Assembly: GCF_009914755.1 (NCBI RefSeq)
Contig: NC_060931.1
DNA: 64,000 nucleotides
Strand: one strand, 5' to 3'
From: the human T2T-CHM13v2.0 reference genome, Homo sapiens
The notes below the pieces were generated by a model. That model was not told the origin of the DNA and made no database searches. It worked only from the letters and a program-made list of their open reading frames with translations. Below are positions 63,403-64,000 of this stretch, in pieces. Position 1 is the first letter of the stretch, and every line of letters starts with the position of its first letter. The translations under genes and the position numbers were made by a program.

Positions 63403-63904
63403 AGATTTTTTGTTTTAACATGATCATGTTGTGATGTATCTTAGAATGGAAGGTTTTACTCTTATCTCTAATGCTAGAATCTTGGGTATTGTTTGGAAAG
63501 AGTAGTTTTTTATAAACTGTTTCAACCTGCTCCTTCATCTATTATCCTCCAAAAAATCAACAGAAAACTCTGTGACCTCGTGCTTTGCCATTTAGAAATA
63601 TTTGAAAGGTTTTTAGAAAAAAAATTAGGATGTTCTAAATACATGTTAGAAGCTATGCTTTTTTAAAATAACAAAACAAAACAAAACAAAGGAAAAACAT
63701 CTTTTTGTTCTCTTCCTAGTTCTATCAAGTGCTGGCTTTCGATTCCAGTCTGACTTCACTACCACAGGAGCTTCTTGCTCAGGCTTCTGTTCCGGCTCCA
63801 TTCTCTCCCTGCCATTATAATGCCATCCACTGCAGCACCATCTCTTCAATCAGTGAGTTCATCCTTTCCTCCCTCACTTCTATTTTCTTGAGAGGAAATA
63901 AGCA

Positions 63905-64000
63905 TTTTTTTTTCTTTTTTTAGGCAGAGTCTCGCTCTGTTGCTCAGGCTGGAGTGCAGTGGTGTGATCTCAGCTCACTGCAACCTCTACCTCCCAGATT
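63905..64000 (-). mobile_element. Alu (runs off the window end)
   Basis: T-tail plus right arm. Confidence 0.9.

Overview
Primate (almost certainly human, 7q31) genomic DNA. It is centred on a head-to-head gene pair sharing one CpG-island promoter (~29.7-31.3 kb). THAP5 is on the minus strand (3 coding exons, 395 aa; THAP C2CH zinc finger, EHSY HCF-1-binding motif, coiled coil). DNAJB9/ERdj4 is on the plus strand (non-coding exon 1 plus 2 coding exons, 223 aa; signal peptide, J domain with HPD). Both were reconstructed by hand with GT-AG junctions and consistent phases. The flanks are repeat-rich: about 26 Alu-family elements, the 3' end of an ERV-L provirus with its MLT2 LTR, a full-length MSTA-type MaLR element, several THE1/MST/MLT solo LTRs with target-site duplications (TSDs), a MER52-like LTR, L1/L2 fragments, hAT/Tigger fragments and microsatellites. 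Repeat subfamily names are from recognition, not RepeatMasker. Almost all other ORFs in the track are repeat- or microsatellite-derived. The most notable structures not explained by these features are: (1) a 267-bp, ~92% identical inverted duplication of apparently unique DNA (57370-57636 / 58636-58902) with a perfect 22-bp palindrome at one inner junction; (2) a cluster of adjacent hairpins at ~7.4-7.5 kb; (3) a 168-codon +1-frame ORF spanning DNAJB9 exon 3. I cannot confirm novelty of any of these without database searches, and I see no evidence of a new multi-gene system.
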